DNA of 64,000 bases from an uncultured Chloroflexia bacterium (lineage in GTDB: Bacteria > Chloroflexota > Limnocylindria > Limnocylindrales > CSP1-4): positions 369,069 through 433,068 of the forward strand of contig CAVZFY010000007.1 of assembly GCA_963774695.1 (NCBI GenBank), read 5' to 3'. The position numbers were made by a program, and so were the translations under genes. The notes under the pieces were generated by a model. The model was not told the DNA's origin. It saw only the letters and a program-made list of their open reading frames with translations, and made no database searches. This document shows, one piece after another, positions 47,442 to 56,164 of this stretch. Numbering within the stretch: position 1 is the first letter of the stretch; every line of letters starts with the position of its first letter.

Positions 47442-48952
47442 TCAAACGTCGAGCTTGGCGGCCTCGGCCCGGAGCAGCTCCCACGCCCGCTCGACGTGCT
47501 CGCTCCCGGGTGTGCAGGTTGCCGACCGCGAGGCGGATCGTGAAGCGGTTGCGCAGGCGCGTGTGCGACAGGAAGATCTCGCCCGTCCGGTTGACGGCGT
47601 CCATCAGGCGCGTGTTGACGTCGTCGAGGAGGTCGGGCACGTCGCCCTCGTCCTCGCGTCCCGGCGAGCGCGGTCGGCCGGTAGCGGAAGCAGATCGTCG
47701 AGAACGGCACCGGGGCGAGCCGCTCCCAGGCGGGGTCCTCGTCGACCCAGGCGGCGAACCGCGCCGCGAGCTCGAGGTGGAAGTCGATCCGCCGCCGCAG
47801 CCCGTCGAGCCCGAACCAGCGGATCAGCATCCACAGCTTGAGCGCCCGCATCCGACGGCCGAGCTGCGGCTGGTACTCGTTGTAGTCGAGCACCGGCGAG
47901 GCGCGGTCGAGGGTGCGCAGGTACTCGGGCACGAGGCTGAACGCCGCGCGCGCCTGGTCCATGCGCCGGGTCAGCAGCAGCGACGCGTCGAGCGGGGTGA
48001 ACAGCCACTTGTGGGGGTTGACGACGATCGAGTCCGCGCGATCCCACCCGACGAACGGCGTGCGCCGCTCCGGCAGCAGCGCGACGACGCCGGCGTAGGC
48101 CGCGTCCACGTGCAGCCACAGCCCTTCGCGCGTCGCGACGTCGGCGATCGCGTTCACCGGATCGGCCGACGTCGAGGACGTGGTCCCGATCGTCGCGACG
48201 ACCGCCACGGGCCGCCGACCGGCGTGATGGTCCGCCTCGATCGCCGCCGACAGCGCCTCGGGGTCCATCTCGTACGTCTCGTTGACCGGGATCTTGACGA
48301 CCGACGCGCGTCCGAGCCCGAGCGTCATGCACGCCTTGTCGATCGAGCTGTGGGCCTCGGTCGAGGCGTAGACACGCGGCTCGCCCTCGTGCCCGCGCGC
48401 CGCGAGACCGGAGGCCGCGGCATCGAGCCCGGACGCCTCGCGCGCCGAGGCCAGGGCGATCAGCGACGAGGTGGACGCGGTGTCGGTGAGCAGCCCGCCG
48501 AACGTCGCCGGCAGCCCGAGCGCCTCGCGCAGCCAGCCGACGACCACGGTCTCGAGCTCCGTCCCGATCGGCGACGTCCGCCACAGCATCGGGTTCTGGC
48601 CGAGCGCGGCGGTCAGGAACTCCCCGAGCACGCCCGGGCCCGACGCCGTGCTCGCGAAGTAGGCCATGAACCCCGGGTGCTGCCAGTGCGTCGCGTTCGG
48701 GATCACGAGGCGGTCGACGTCCGCGAGGATGGCGGCGATCGATTCGGGCTCGTCGGGCGCGTGGGCCGGGAACAGGGGCCCGACGGATCCGGGCTCGATC
48801 GGTGGCAGCACGGGGTGCTGCTCGACGCCCGCGAGGTAGTCGGCGATCCGGTCGACGACGTCGTGGGCCGCGGCACGGAACGCTTCCGGATCCATGTCGT
48901 TGAGGCCGTCGACCTGCTCGGGATCGAGCCCGGGCTCCCCCACGTCCGTCAC
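47442..48952 (-). CDS. PLP-dependent group II (aromatic-L-amino-acid / DABA-type) decarboxylase; frameshifts near 47640-47700
   Basis: FRAAAHDVVDRIADYLAGVEQHPVLPPIEPGS...NATHWQHPGFMAYFASTASGPGVLGEFLTAALGQNPMLWRTSPIGTELETVVVGWL...ATIGTTSSTSADPVNAIADVATREGLWLHVDAAYAGVV...SIVVNPHKWLFTPLDASLLL (PLP-Lys HKW). The C-terminus DDVNTRLMDAVNRTGEIFLSHTRLRNRFTIRLAVGNLHTRERA...AWELLRAEAAKLDV* is in other frames. Confidence 0.8.
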
Positions 48953-49010
48953 CCGGCCAGTCTACCGGGGCCGTCTGCCGGATCGAGGCCCGACGGTCAG
49001 CCCGAGCCGC

Positions 49011-49892
49011 TCAGCCTGCGCCGCCGAGCGCGGCCAGCACGCCGAACGAGAGCACGACCGCCAGCGCAAGTGCGCCGAACAGCAGCACGACGATCACCAG
49101 GCAGCCCACGACGAGGCTGTTCGACGACCCGACCCGCCGGACGACCGCCGTTTCGGCGAACCGGTCGTGGAGGCCCTGCTTGGTCGGGCTCGAGACCGTC
49201 GTGAGCAGCAGGATCAACGCCCAGAGCAGCCAGACGAGCCCGAGGACCCCGCTCGTGCCACCGATGGCCGTCGAGGAGCCGGCGATCGTGAGCCAGCTCG
49301 CGAGCGCGACCCACCGCCGAAAGGCCTGTCCCGTCTCGAGCCGGCGTCCGCTGGCTGCGTCGCCGACCTGGAGCTGCAGGATCCGCATCCCGAAGGTGGC
49401 CCGCGCCTCGCGACCTCCAGAGCGAGATGAAGTAGGCCGCGTCGACGCAGCATCCCGATCCCGATGAGCACGATCGCCCGCAGCGCCGGGATCCGCGCCG
49501 ACCGCGAACAGCGCGACCGTCGCGGGGATCCCGACGATCAGGTTGAGGATCGTGACGATGATCGCGTCGATGACGTAGGCGACGAAGCGCGGCGCACCGC
49601 CGGCGAACTCGAGGCCGGTCACGCCGGGCACCGCGTACCTGCCACCGCCTGCGGGCGGCACCCAGGCGGCTCCGCCCACGCCGCCGACCGGCGCCCAGGC
49701 CACGGGAGCGCCCGGCGGTCCGAGCGCGACCCCGGGCGGCGGTCCTGTCGGGGTCACGGGCGCAGGCGGCATCGCCGGTGGCACGGGCGGTGGCGACGCC
49801 GGGTCAGGCGGGACCTCGTTGACGTTCGTGGACCAGTCGGCCCGCGTCTCGTCCTCGCCCTCGCCGGGCACGCGATCGTTCTTGTTGTCCAC
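49011..49892 (-). CDS. RDD-family membrane protein with a Pro-rich N-terminus; frameshift mid-gene
   Basis: VPPDPASPPPVPPAMPPAPVTPTGPPPGV...GRYAVPGVTGLEFAGGAPRFVAYVIDAIIVTILNLIVGIPATVALFAVGADPGAAG...PTKQGLHDRFAETAVVRR. Confidence 0.6.
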   Translation of the reverse strand: MDNKNDRVPGEGEDETRADWSTNVNEVPPDPASPPPVPPAMPPAPVTPTGPPPGVALGPPGAPVAWAPVGGVGGAAWVPPAGGGRYAVPGVTGLEFAGGAPRFVAYVIDAIIVTILNLIVGIPATVALFAVGADPGAAGDRAHRDRDAASTRPTSSRSGGREARATFGMRILQLQVGDAASGRRLETGQAFRRWVALASWLTIAGSSTAIGGTSGVLGLVWLLWALILLLTTVSSPTKQGLHDRFAETAVVRRVGSSNSLVVGCLVIVVLLFGALALAVVLSFGVLAALGGAG

Positions 49893-49999
49893 CGCAGCCT
49901 CGCCTGGTCGTCGTCCCTCGACCCGATGCTAATCGAGCGGGGCCGCGCTCACTCGCCGTCGGCGGCGGTCGTCCGCGCGCGGAACGCGTCGGACGCGGG

Positions 50000-50374
50000 T
50001 CAGGGCGTTCGCCGCTGGCGTTCGGCCGCGCGCGCGACCGCATCGTTGTACCGCTGCTTGGCGACGCCCTTGTCGATCTCGGCCTGCGCGATCGCGGCAT
50101 CGGAGTCGGCACCGACCTCTGCCGCTGCCTCCGCGACCGCCTTCGCGGCCACGGCCGTCTTGGTGGCGGAGGCTTCGGCGAGCGCGGCGGCCTCGAGGGC
50201 CACCTGTGCGGCATCGGCCGTCGCTTCGGCACTCTCCTGCGCCTCGGCCGCGGCGGCGTTCGCCGCGTCCGTCGCGACCTTTGCGCGCTCCGCAACGGCC
50301 GCCACCTGCTCCGCGGCACGCCAGTCCTGCAGCGCTTCGGCCGTCTTCGGCTTCTCGATGACCTCGTCTGCCAT
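50000..50374 (-). CDS. Ala-rich alpha-helical 125-aa protein (paralog A; see 53709-54086)
   Basis: MADEVIEKPKTAEALQDWRAAEQVAAVAERAKVATDAANAAAAEAQESAEATADAAQVALEAAALAEASATKTAVAAKAVAEAAAEVGADSDAAIAQAEIDKGVAKQRYNDAVARAAERQRRTP. Weak SD upstream. Confidence 0.55.
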   Translation of the reverse strand: MADEVIEKPKTAEALQDWRAAEQVAAVAERAKVATDAANAAAAEAQESAEATADAAQVALEAAALAEASATKTAVAAKAVAEAAAEVGADSDAAIAQAEIDKGVAKQRYNDAVARAAERQRRTP

Positions 50375-50496
50375 GTCCGCGATGCCGCCTTTCGGGTTCG
50401 AGCGTGGGCCGGATGCCGCACACGCGCCAATCGCGCGCACCAGAGCCTACTCCAGCTCGGGCGAACCTCCGCCAGACACCGAAGCGCGAGCCTCCC

Positions 50497-50520
50497 GTCA
50501 CATTTCGCCGCTCGTGTGAC
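50497..50520. promoter_or_regulatory. Perfect palindrome GTCACA-N12-TGTGAC in the divergent intergenic region between Ala-rich paralog A and the DHFR-family gene
   Basis: gtcacatttcgccgctcgtgtgac, about 75 nt upstream of the ATG at 50594 and about 125 nt upstream of the start of paralog A. Confidence 0.35.
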
Positions 50521-50593
50521 CTTGCCAGCATGCCGGTGCGCCGACCATGAGCACGACCGCGGGACCGTCTCGCGACGGAATCGGGAGATCGAC

Positions 50594-51174
50594 ATGCGAA
50601 GCATCGGGGTGGTCGAGCGAGTGACCCTGGACGGCGTCATGCAGGCGCCTGGCGCGGTGGACGAGGACAGGAGCGACGGGTTCGAGCACGGCGGCTGGGC
50701 CGCGCCCTACGACGACGAGGTGCTCGTCCGCGAGATGGGCAAGGGAATCGGGTCGCACGAGCTGCTGCTCGGGCGCCGGACCTACGAGATCCTGCAGTCG
50801 GCCTGGGCCGACGCCCGCCGAGCCGAACCGCGTTCACCGAGGTGCTGACCGAGACGCCCAAGTACGTGGCGTCGAACACGCTCGAGGACCTCTCGTGGGC
50901 GAACTCGACGCTGCTCGACGGCGATGCCGTCGAGGACGTCGCGCGGCTCAAGGAGGCCGAGGGCAAGGACCTCGTGATCATGGGCAGCGGCCGGTTCGCG
51001 CAGGCGCTGATGGCGGCCGGGCTCATCGACGAGTTCACGCTGCTCATCCACCCGGTCGTGCTGGGCGAGGGCCGCCGCCTGTTCCCCGACGGTGGCGCGC
51101 TCGCGACGATGACCCTGGCCGAGCTCACGACCACGACCAAGGGCGTCGCGATCGCGACCTATCGCCCGGCCTGA
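50594..51174 (+). CDS. Dihydrofolate-reductase-family protein (RibD C-terminal domain-like); frameshift near 50820
   Basis: GGGAG SD, then MRSIGVVERVTLDGVMQAPGAVDEDRSDGFEHGGWAAPYDDEVLVREMGKGIGSHELLLGRRTYEILQSAWAD, then ...FTEVLTETPKYVASNTLEDLSWANSTLLDGDAVEDVARLKEAEGKDLVIMGSGRFAQALMAAGLIDEFTLLIHPVVLGEGRRLFPDGG. Confidence 0.7.
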
Positions 51175-51199
51175 CCGGACGCGCCTCCGGTCAGCCGGA

Positions 51200-51591
51200 G
51201 CCCACGAGGCGCGTCAGCAGCTCGAATCCGTCCGGCGTGCCCGTCCAGCGCGCCTCGCAGGTCCTCGATGCCGACTCGGCGACGGACGTAGCGCATCGCG
51301 ACGATCCCGACCACGACGTCATCGAGCGGTCCGAGGACCGGGATGAACTCGGGGATCAGGTCGATCGGCGAGACGATCCACGCGACCAGGCCGACGAGCA
51401 CGATCGCGCACGTCGAGCGGCGTGGAGCGATCGGCGATCAACGAGCGAAGCAGGCGCAGGACGTCCGGGATGACCCCGACGATCTGCCTCGCGGGCACGC
51501 CTCTCGGGCGCAGCGCCCAGAACAGGACGAGCATCGCGACCCAGAGGGCGATGAGGCTCGCGAGGATGCCGACGAGGACGCGACCGTCCAC
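51200..51591 (-). CDS. DUF1232 (YkvA-like) membrane protein; frameshift near 51400
   Basis: MDGRVLVGILASLIALWVAMLVLFWALRPRGVPARQIVGVIPDVLRLLRSLIADRSTPLDVR, then LVGLVAWIVSPIDLIPEFIPVLGPLDDVVVGIVAMRYVRRRV. Confidence 0.6.
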
Positions 51592-51639
51592 CGGCTCGCG
51601 TTGCGCCTCGGGCGCGGCGGTCGTACCCGGCAGCCGCGG

Positions 51640-52490
51640 CTAGACGAAGCGCTTGACGAACGCGAGCGAGGTCTCCGCGACCTCCTGCCAGCCGCTGTCG
51701 ATCGTGAGCGAGTGCCCGCGGCCCGGGATCGTGACGACCTCGGTGACCCCGGGGTTGTCCTTCTGCTGGTCGTACGAAGCCTTCGTGATCGACCACGGGA
51801 CGGTGTTGTCCTTCTCGCCCGAGATGAACAGGAGCGGCCCGCGATCGGGGTTCTTGGTGTCGACCTTCGCCTCGGTCCACGGGTTGAGGTTCGCCGATGC
51901 CGCCTGGAACAGCGGCTTGCCGGCCGCCGGGACGGCGTACGTCTCGTGCAGCTGCCTTCGCCTCTTCCTCGCTGACCGCGTTCGTGAACCCGAAGCGGAA
52001 CTGGTCGTACGTCAGCGGCACGGCCTTGCTCCGGTTCAGCGGGTTGCCGAGCACCGGGAAACGCGGACTTGAGCGCCGAGATCGGGAGCGGCAGCACGCC
52101 GCGGAACGGGGCGGCGTCGATGGCCACCGTTGCCGCCGATCGACCGCGTCCGGCGAGGATCTGGGCCATGAGACCGCCGAAGGAGTGGCCGATGATCGCC
52201 GGCTTGCGCTCGAGCTGGGCGACCACGGCCTCGAGGTGGTCCGCGATCTCGCCGATGCCCTTGCCGGCGAACACGTTCGGGTCCGCGTTCGCCTCGGCGA
52301 CCGTCTCCGGATCGTCGGGCCAGTGCGGCAGGACCGAGACGTAGCCGGCGTCGTCGAACAGCTTCGCCCACCGGTCCCAGCTGCTGGGCAGCAGCCACAG
52401 CCCATGCACGAAGACGACGGGTTGCTTGCCCGTGGCGTTCGCCGCGGCGACCTCATCGGCCTCGTGGGTGCTGACTGTCGTGTCCGTCAT
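51640..52490 (-). CDS. Alpha/beta-fold hydrolase; frameshifts
   Basis: GGAGG SD, then MTDTTVSTHEADEVAAANATGKQPVVFVHGLWLLPSSWDRWAKLFDDAGYVSVLPHWPDDPETVAEANADPNVFAGKGIGEIADHLEAVVAQLERKPAIIGHSFGGLMAQILAG (GHSFGG nucleophile elbow) ...KAVPLTYDQFRFGFTNAVSEEEAK...ETSLAFVKRFV*. Confidence 0.7.
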
Positions 52491-52564
52491 CGTGGAAATC
52501 CTCCCGGGGCCGCATGGATCGCGCTTCGATGATCGCATGGGTTCGTTTACACGACGGTCTGTAA

Positions 52565-52646
52565 CAAACGCCCGTCCCAAACGTTGTCAGTGCCGAGGCC
52601 CGCGCTTTCATTGCCACTGAGCGGTGATAAGAGCAGCGCGGGCCTC
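52565..52646 (+). repeat. Copy 1 of a dispersed ~85-nt conserved intergenic motif with a 12-bp-stem hairpin
   Basis: caaacgcccgtcccaaacgttgtcagtgccGAGGCCCGCGCTttcattgccactgagcggtgataagagcAGCGCGGGCCTC. Lies 130-210 nt upstream of glbN (+) and 75-155 nt upstream of the a/b-hydrolase (-). Confidence 0.5.
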
Positions 52647-52777
52647 GCTTCCCCTCCCGGCATGCCCTGACGCCGATCCGCTCGACGCAGGCGAGCGTAT
52701 CTGGTGGCACGGCGCCGCAGCCTCACGGACTCCACCCAGTTCGCGGTCCAGGCTCGGCACGGGCAGGAGGACGGACC

Positions 52778-53212
52778 ATGGGCGACCAGAGTCTGTACGA
52801 GCGGTTGGGCGGTGTCTTCGCCATCGCAGCGGTCGTCGACCACTTCAGCGACGCGGTCGTCAGGAACGCGGTCGCCGGGCAGGGGTCCGCCAACCCTGCC
52901 CTTCGTGAGTGGCACACCGCGGAGCTTGCGCGACTGCCCGGCCTCAAGTTCATGCGGACGCTCTGGGTGTGCGACATCTCGGGCGGGCCGTTCGAGTACT
53001 CGGGCACCAGGCCAGGGCACGAGAAGCTGAGCCTGGAGGAAGCGCATCGCCGGCTCGGGATCACGTCCGACGAGTTCGATGCCGTGGCGACGGAGCTGGC
53101 GCGCTCGCTCGACCACTTCGGCGTCCCGCCGAAGGAGAAGGGCGAGGTCCTTGCCGCATTCGCAGCCCACAAGCCGGAAGTGACCGAGGGATCGCTGGCC
53201 GCGGCGCACTGA
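52778..53212 (+). CDS. glbN: Group I truncated hemoglobin (trHbN)
   Basis: AGGAGG SD, then MGDQSLYERLGGVFAIAAVVDHFSDAVVRNAVAG...LWVCDISGGPFEYSGTRPGHEKLSLEEAHRRLGITSDEFDAVATELARSLDHFGVPPKEKGEVLAAFAAHKPEVT. 144 aa, intact. Confidence 0.85.
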   Translation: MGDQSLYERLGGVFAIAAVVDHFSDAVVRNAVAGQGSANPALREWHTAELARLPGLKFMRTLWVCDISGGPFEYSGTRPGHEKLSLEEAHRRLGITSDEFDAVATELARSLDHFGVPPKEKGEVLAAFAAHKPEVTEGSLAAAH

Positions 53213-53443
53213 GGACGCCGGAAAAGCCCCGGCCAGCGGGAAACGCGGCCGGGGCCGACCGAGTGTGACCGACGCGCCAACGAGGCGCCCGCCGCACACG
53301 GCGGCTCCGGGCGCCACGCTGGCGAGATCTCGACCCGCGCCGTTGCCAGCTGACACCGCCTGCAGGCCCCTGCGAGAGCAATGCAAGACGTTCGCTCGTC
53401 GCCTGCACGCCGGCGCGCCGCGCGCTCACCCAGACTGCGAGCC

Positions 53444-53689
53444 ATGACGGTTCCGCTTATCCGGCCAAGACGGCGCCCTGTTCGTCTCGGACCACTCCTG
53501 GCAGCGAGATCAAGCCCACCGCGATCGCGATCGACGCTGGTGCGGCTGGCGTTCGAATCGCTGCTCGCCGGCTTGCTCATCGGCCTGCTGCTGACCTGGC
53601 GCGAGTCCTCCCCGCTCACCGCCATGCTGCTGGGCGGATCGGTGCTCGCCTGGTCGATCTTCTCGTTCGGTTCGGAGCGGCCCGACTAG
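53444..53689 (+). CDS. Possible small membrane protein (low confidence)
   Basis: MTVPLIRPRRRPVRLGPLLAARSSPPRSRSTLVRLAFESLLAGLLIGLLLTWRESSPLTAMLLGGSVLAWSIFSFGSERPD. Two hydrophobic helices, but an Arg-rich start and no clear RBS. Confidence 0.25.
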   Translation: MTVPLIRPRRRPVRLGPLLAARSSPPRSRSTLVRLAFESLLAGLLIGLLLTWRESSPLTAMLLGGSVLAWSIFSFGSERPD

Positions 53690-53708
53690 CCCCCGGCGAG
53701 GACCCGAC

Positions 53709-54086
53709 CTAGCCGCCGCCGTCCCGGCGCTTCGAAGCCCGGGCCACCGCGTCCCGGTACGTCTGGTGCGCGGTCGCGACATCGACGCCCGCCTGCAGCT
53801 GCGCGGCACCGGCATCGTCGGCTTCCTGCCGGGCGGCCCGGATCACCGCCTCGGCAGCCTCCGCCGTCGCCCGGGCAGTCGCCTCCGCGGACGTCGCCGC
53901 CTCGAGGGCGGCTTTCGCCGATACGGCAGTCGCCGCGGCCGCCACCGATGCGTTCCTCGCCGCGGCCACGGCCGCGTCGCTCGCGACCTTGCCTCGGTCC
54001 GACACGGCCGCCACCTGCTCGGCAGCCCGCCAGGCCTGGAGCGCCTCCGCTGTCGTCGGGAGCGTGGTGTCGTCATCGACCGCCAT
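53709..54086 (-). CDS. Ala-rich alpha-helical 125-aa protein (paralog B of 50000-50374)
   Basis: AGGAGG SD 8 nt upstream, then MAVDDDTTLPTTAEALQAWRAAEQVAAVSDRGKVASDAAVAAARNASVAAAATAVSAKAALEAATSAEATARATAEAAEAVIRAARQEADDAGAAQLQAGVDVATAHQTYRDAVARASKRRDGGG. Same length and the same AEALQ.WRAAEQVAAV...Y.DAVARA..R signature as paralog A. Confidence 0.55.
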   Translation of the reverse strand: MAVDDDTTLPTTAEALQAWRAAEQVAAVSDRGKVASDAAVAAARNASVAAAATAVSAKAALEAATSAEATARATAEAAEAVIRAARQEADDAGAAQLQAGVDVATAHQTYRDAVARASKRRDGGG

Positions 54087-54618
54087 CGGCAGTACCTCCT
54101 TGCGCGGGACTGGGTTCGAGTATGCCCCGGCCCGGTCGCCCGACATGGACGAGCCCGGCCGGATTTCGGTCACCGCCCGGCCGGGCTCCGTTTGCGCCGT
54201 CGCCGACAATGGGTGGGGACACACGCCGACGACGGCATTCGCGAATGTAGGCTCGCGCGACGACATCGATACCGCGTCAGCCGCCCAAGTCGTTGCAGGA
54301 ATCTCGCGCCCACACATGCGGCAGGGATCCTGACCTGGCCATCCCGTGGGTCGGGCGCCATCGCCCACAGCTCGGGCTGAAGCCGGCGTGGGGAACCCTC
54401 CGACGCGGTTCGAGGCGCAGCGATGGCGCTGTAACGCGACCACGCACGACACGCGACGAAGGTGCGATGTCGCGGCCCAAATTCACATCGCGATCGGTCG
54501 TTTCTACCAGTGAGCCGATGCCTTCATTCGCGAAAGCGGTGGATAAGTGCGGCATCGACTCCGCTGGCGGGGCGCGACGTGCGAGCGACCTCTCGGCGCG
54601 ACCACGTTGGCCCCGTCA

Positions 54619-54705
54619 CCAAACGCAGTCCGACCCAACACGTTGTCATTGTCGGAGGTCCGCGTTCGGCAACGTCCCCCCGGCGATATGTCGACGCGGG
54701 CCTCC
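54619..54705 (+). repeat. Copy 2 of the dispersed conserved intergenic motif with a hairpin
   Basis: ccaaacgcagtccgacccaacacgttgtcattgtcGGAGGTCCGCGTtcggcaacgtccccccggcgatatgtcgACGCGGGCCTCC. Same order of blocks (caaacgc / cgttgtca / GAGGyCCGCG ... CGCGGGCCTC) as copy 1. Lies inside the 860-bp non-coding stretch 54087-54949. Confidence 0.5.
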
Positions 54706-54949
54706 GTCTACAGGAGTCCGGCGCGTCCGGCGACGGCGCCTCGACAAGGCGGGGCGTAATCCCGGCAGTCGCTCACCGTTGTCATGACTGAGACCCGCTC
54801 CCGTAGCTCGGGGGACAACCGACAACTGCAGCGGGTCTCAACCAAGGACCCGCGCGTGCGACCAACCACCACCGGTCGAGGCGTGCGGGTCCTTGCCTCC
54901 CCGAGCGGGGCTCGGATGCGGGAGCAGTGCAGCCCGTCTCCGGGCGCGG

Positions 54950-55884
54950 TCAGTTCGTCAGCTTGAGGATGTACGAGCCCAGGTAGCGCGGGCAGTCGTT
55001 GGCGGAGCAGGCCGTGATCGTCAGCCGCGCGCTCTCGAACGAGCTGAGGAAGTAGCCGCGGACGTGCTTGGCCGAGCCGCCGTCGGCGCTGATGACGTGG
55101 AAGGTCGACCAGCCGACGAAGTTGCCGTTCGCGTCCACGATCGCCGCCGGGACGTCGAGGCCGCTCAGGTACGTGTCCACGTCGCCGTACAGCGTGGTGT
55201 GGTTGCCGTTGTTGTGCTGGCCGATGTACTCGCCGAACGCGAGCGTCTTGTTGATCGTCGTGTCGCCCTTGATGATCGCGTCCACGTCCGACGAGCTCAG
55301 GTTGCCGGTGCCGTAGTTCGTCCAGGCGAAGTCGAGCTGGCTCGTCGGGACGTCGCCGTTGGTCTCGCCGAAGTCGGTCGGCGTCTGGTACAGCGCCGTG
55401 CCATCGCTCGAGAACGCCGAGGCCGGGAAGATGAACGGCGACGCGCCGTAGGCGGTGTCCGGGAAGCCGGCGAGCGCGGTGGCGGTCGTGGTGACCATCC
55501 ACACGGGCTGGCCGAGCAGCGCCGCCATCGCGTTCTGGTGCGGTGCGGTCACCGTCACGACGACGGCGATGCCGTTGCTCGTGTCGAGCGCGGTCGCGAC
55601 GGTCGTCCCGCCGGTGCCGTTCGTGAACCCGTTGCTCGCCGTGACGGTCTGGCTGCGCGTGGTGGCCAGCGAGGCGCTGCCGTTGACGAGGTAGTCGTTG
55701 GCGGCGGCGAGGGCGGCCATGTCCGCGGCGGTCTGCTGGCTGCGACGCTGCGCGAACGTCGAGCCGCCGTCGAGCGCAAGTCCGGCGAACCCGAGCAGCG
55801 TGATCAGGGACAGCGCGAACACCACGAGGACCTGCCCGCGGGCAGCCTCGTCGCACCGTTGCCCGGCCGGGGGCGTCTTGAGCA
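54950..55884 (-). CDS. TadE/TadG-like (Flp-pilus-assembly pilin-like) secreted protein
   Basis: AGGAG SD, then MLKTPPAGQRCDEAARGQVLVVFALSLITLLGFAGLALDGGSTFAQRRSQQTAADMAALAAANDYLVNGSA... (Tad N-terminal class-III-signal-like helix), then a ~250-aa Thr/Gly-rich beta-rich domain. 311 aa, intact. Confidence 0.6.
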
Positions 55885-56164
55885 TCGTCCATCTCCTGCC
55901 AAGGAGACGCCCCCCGGCGCGTCCAGGCTGGCCGCTTGGTCGAAGTGGTGACGCCTCGCGCGACGTGCACGCGAGCCACCCCTGCCCCAGCGGCCGGTCC
56001 ATCGATGCTGTTCGATGTGACGTCTACACCGTGCCACGCCGCGTGCGCCGCGGCGAGAGGTCGATGGTCGGTGCCGGATCGGTACGGAATGGCCTCGGGC
56101 AGGGCCTAACGGATCGTCGGGCGGATCGTTCGCCGACCTCGACGAGATCGTGCACCGCCTCGCG

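Noticed and set aside
54293-54787. 164-aa ORF in the long intergenic region
   Set aside because: Arg-rich low-complexity translation, no RBS, and it runs across the conserved hairpin motif. It looks like a GC-driven open frame in non-coding DNA.
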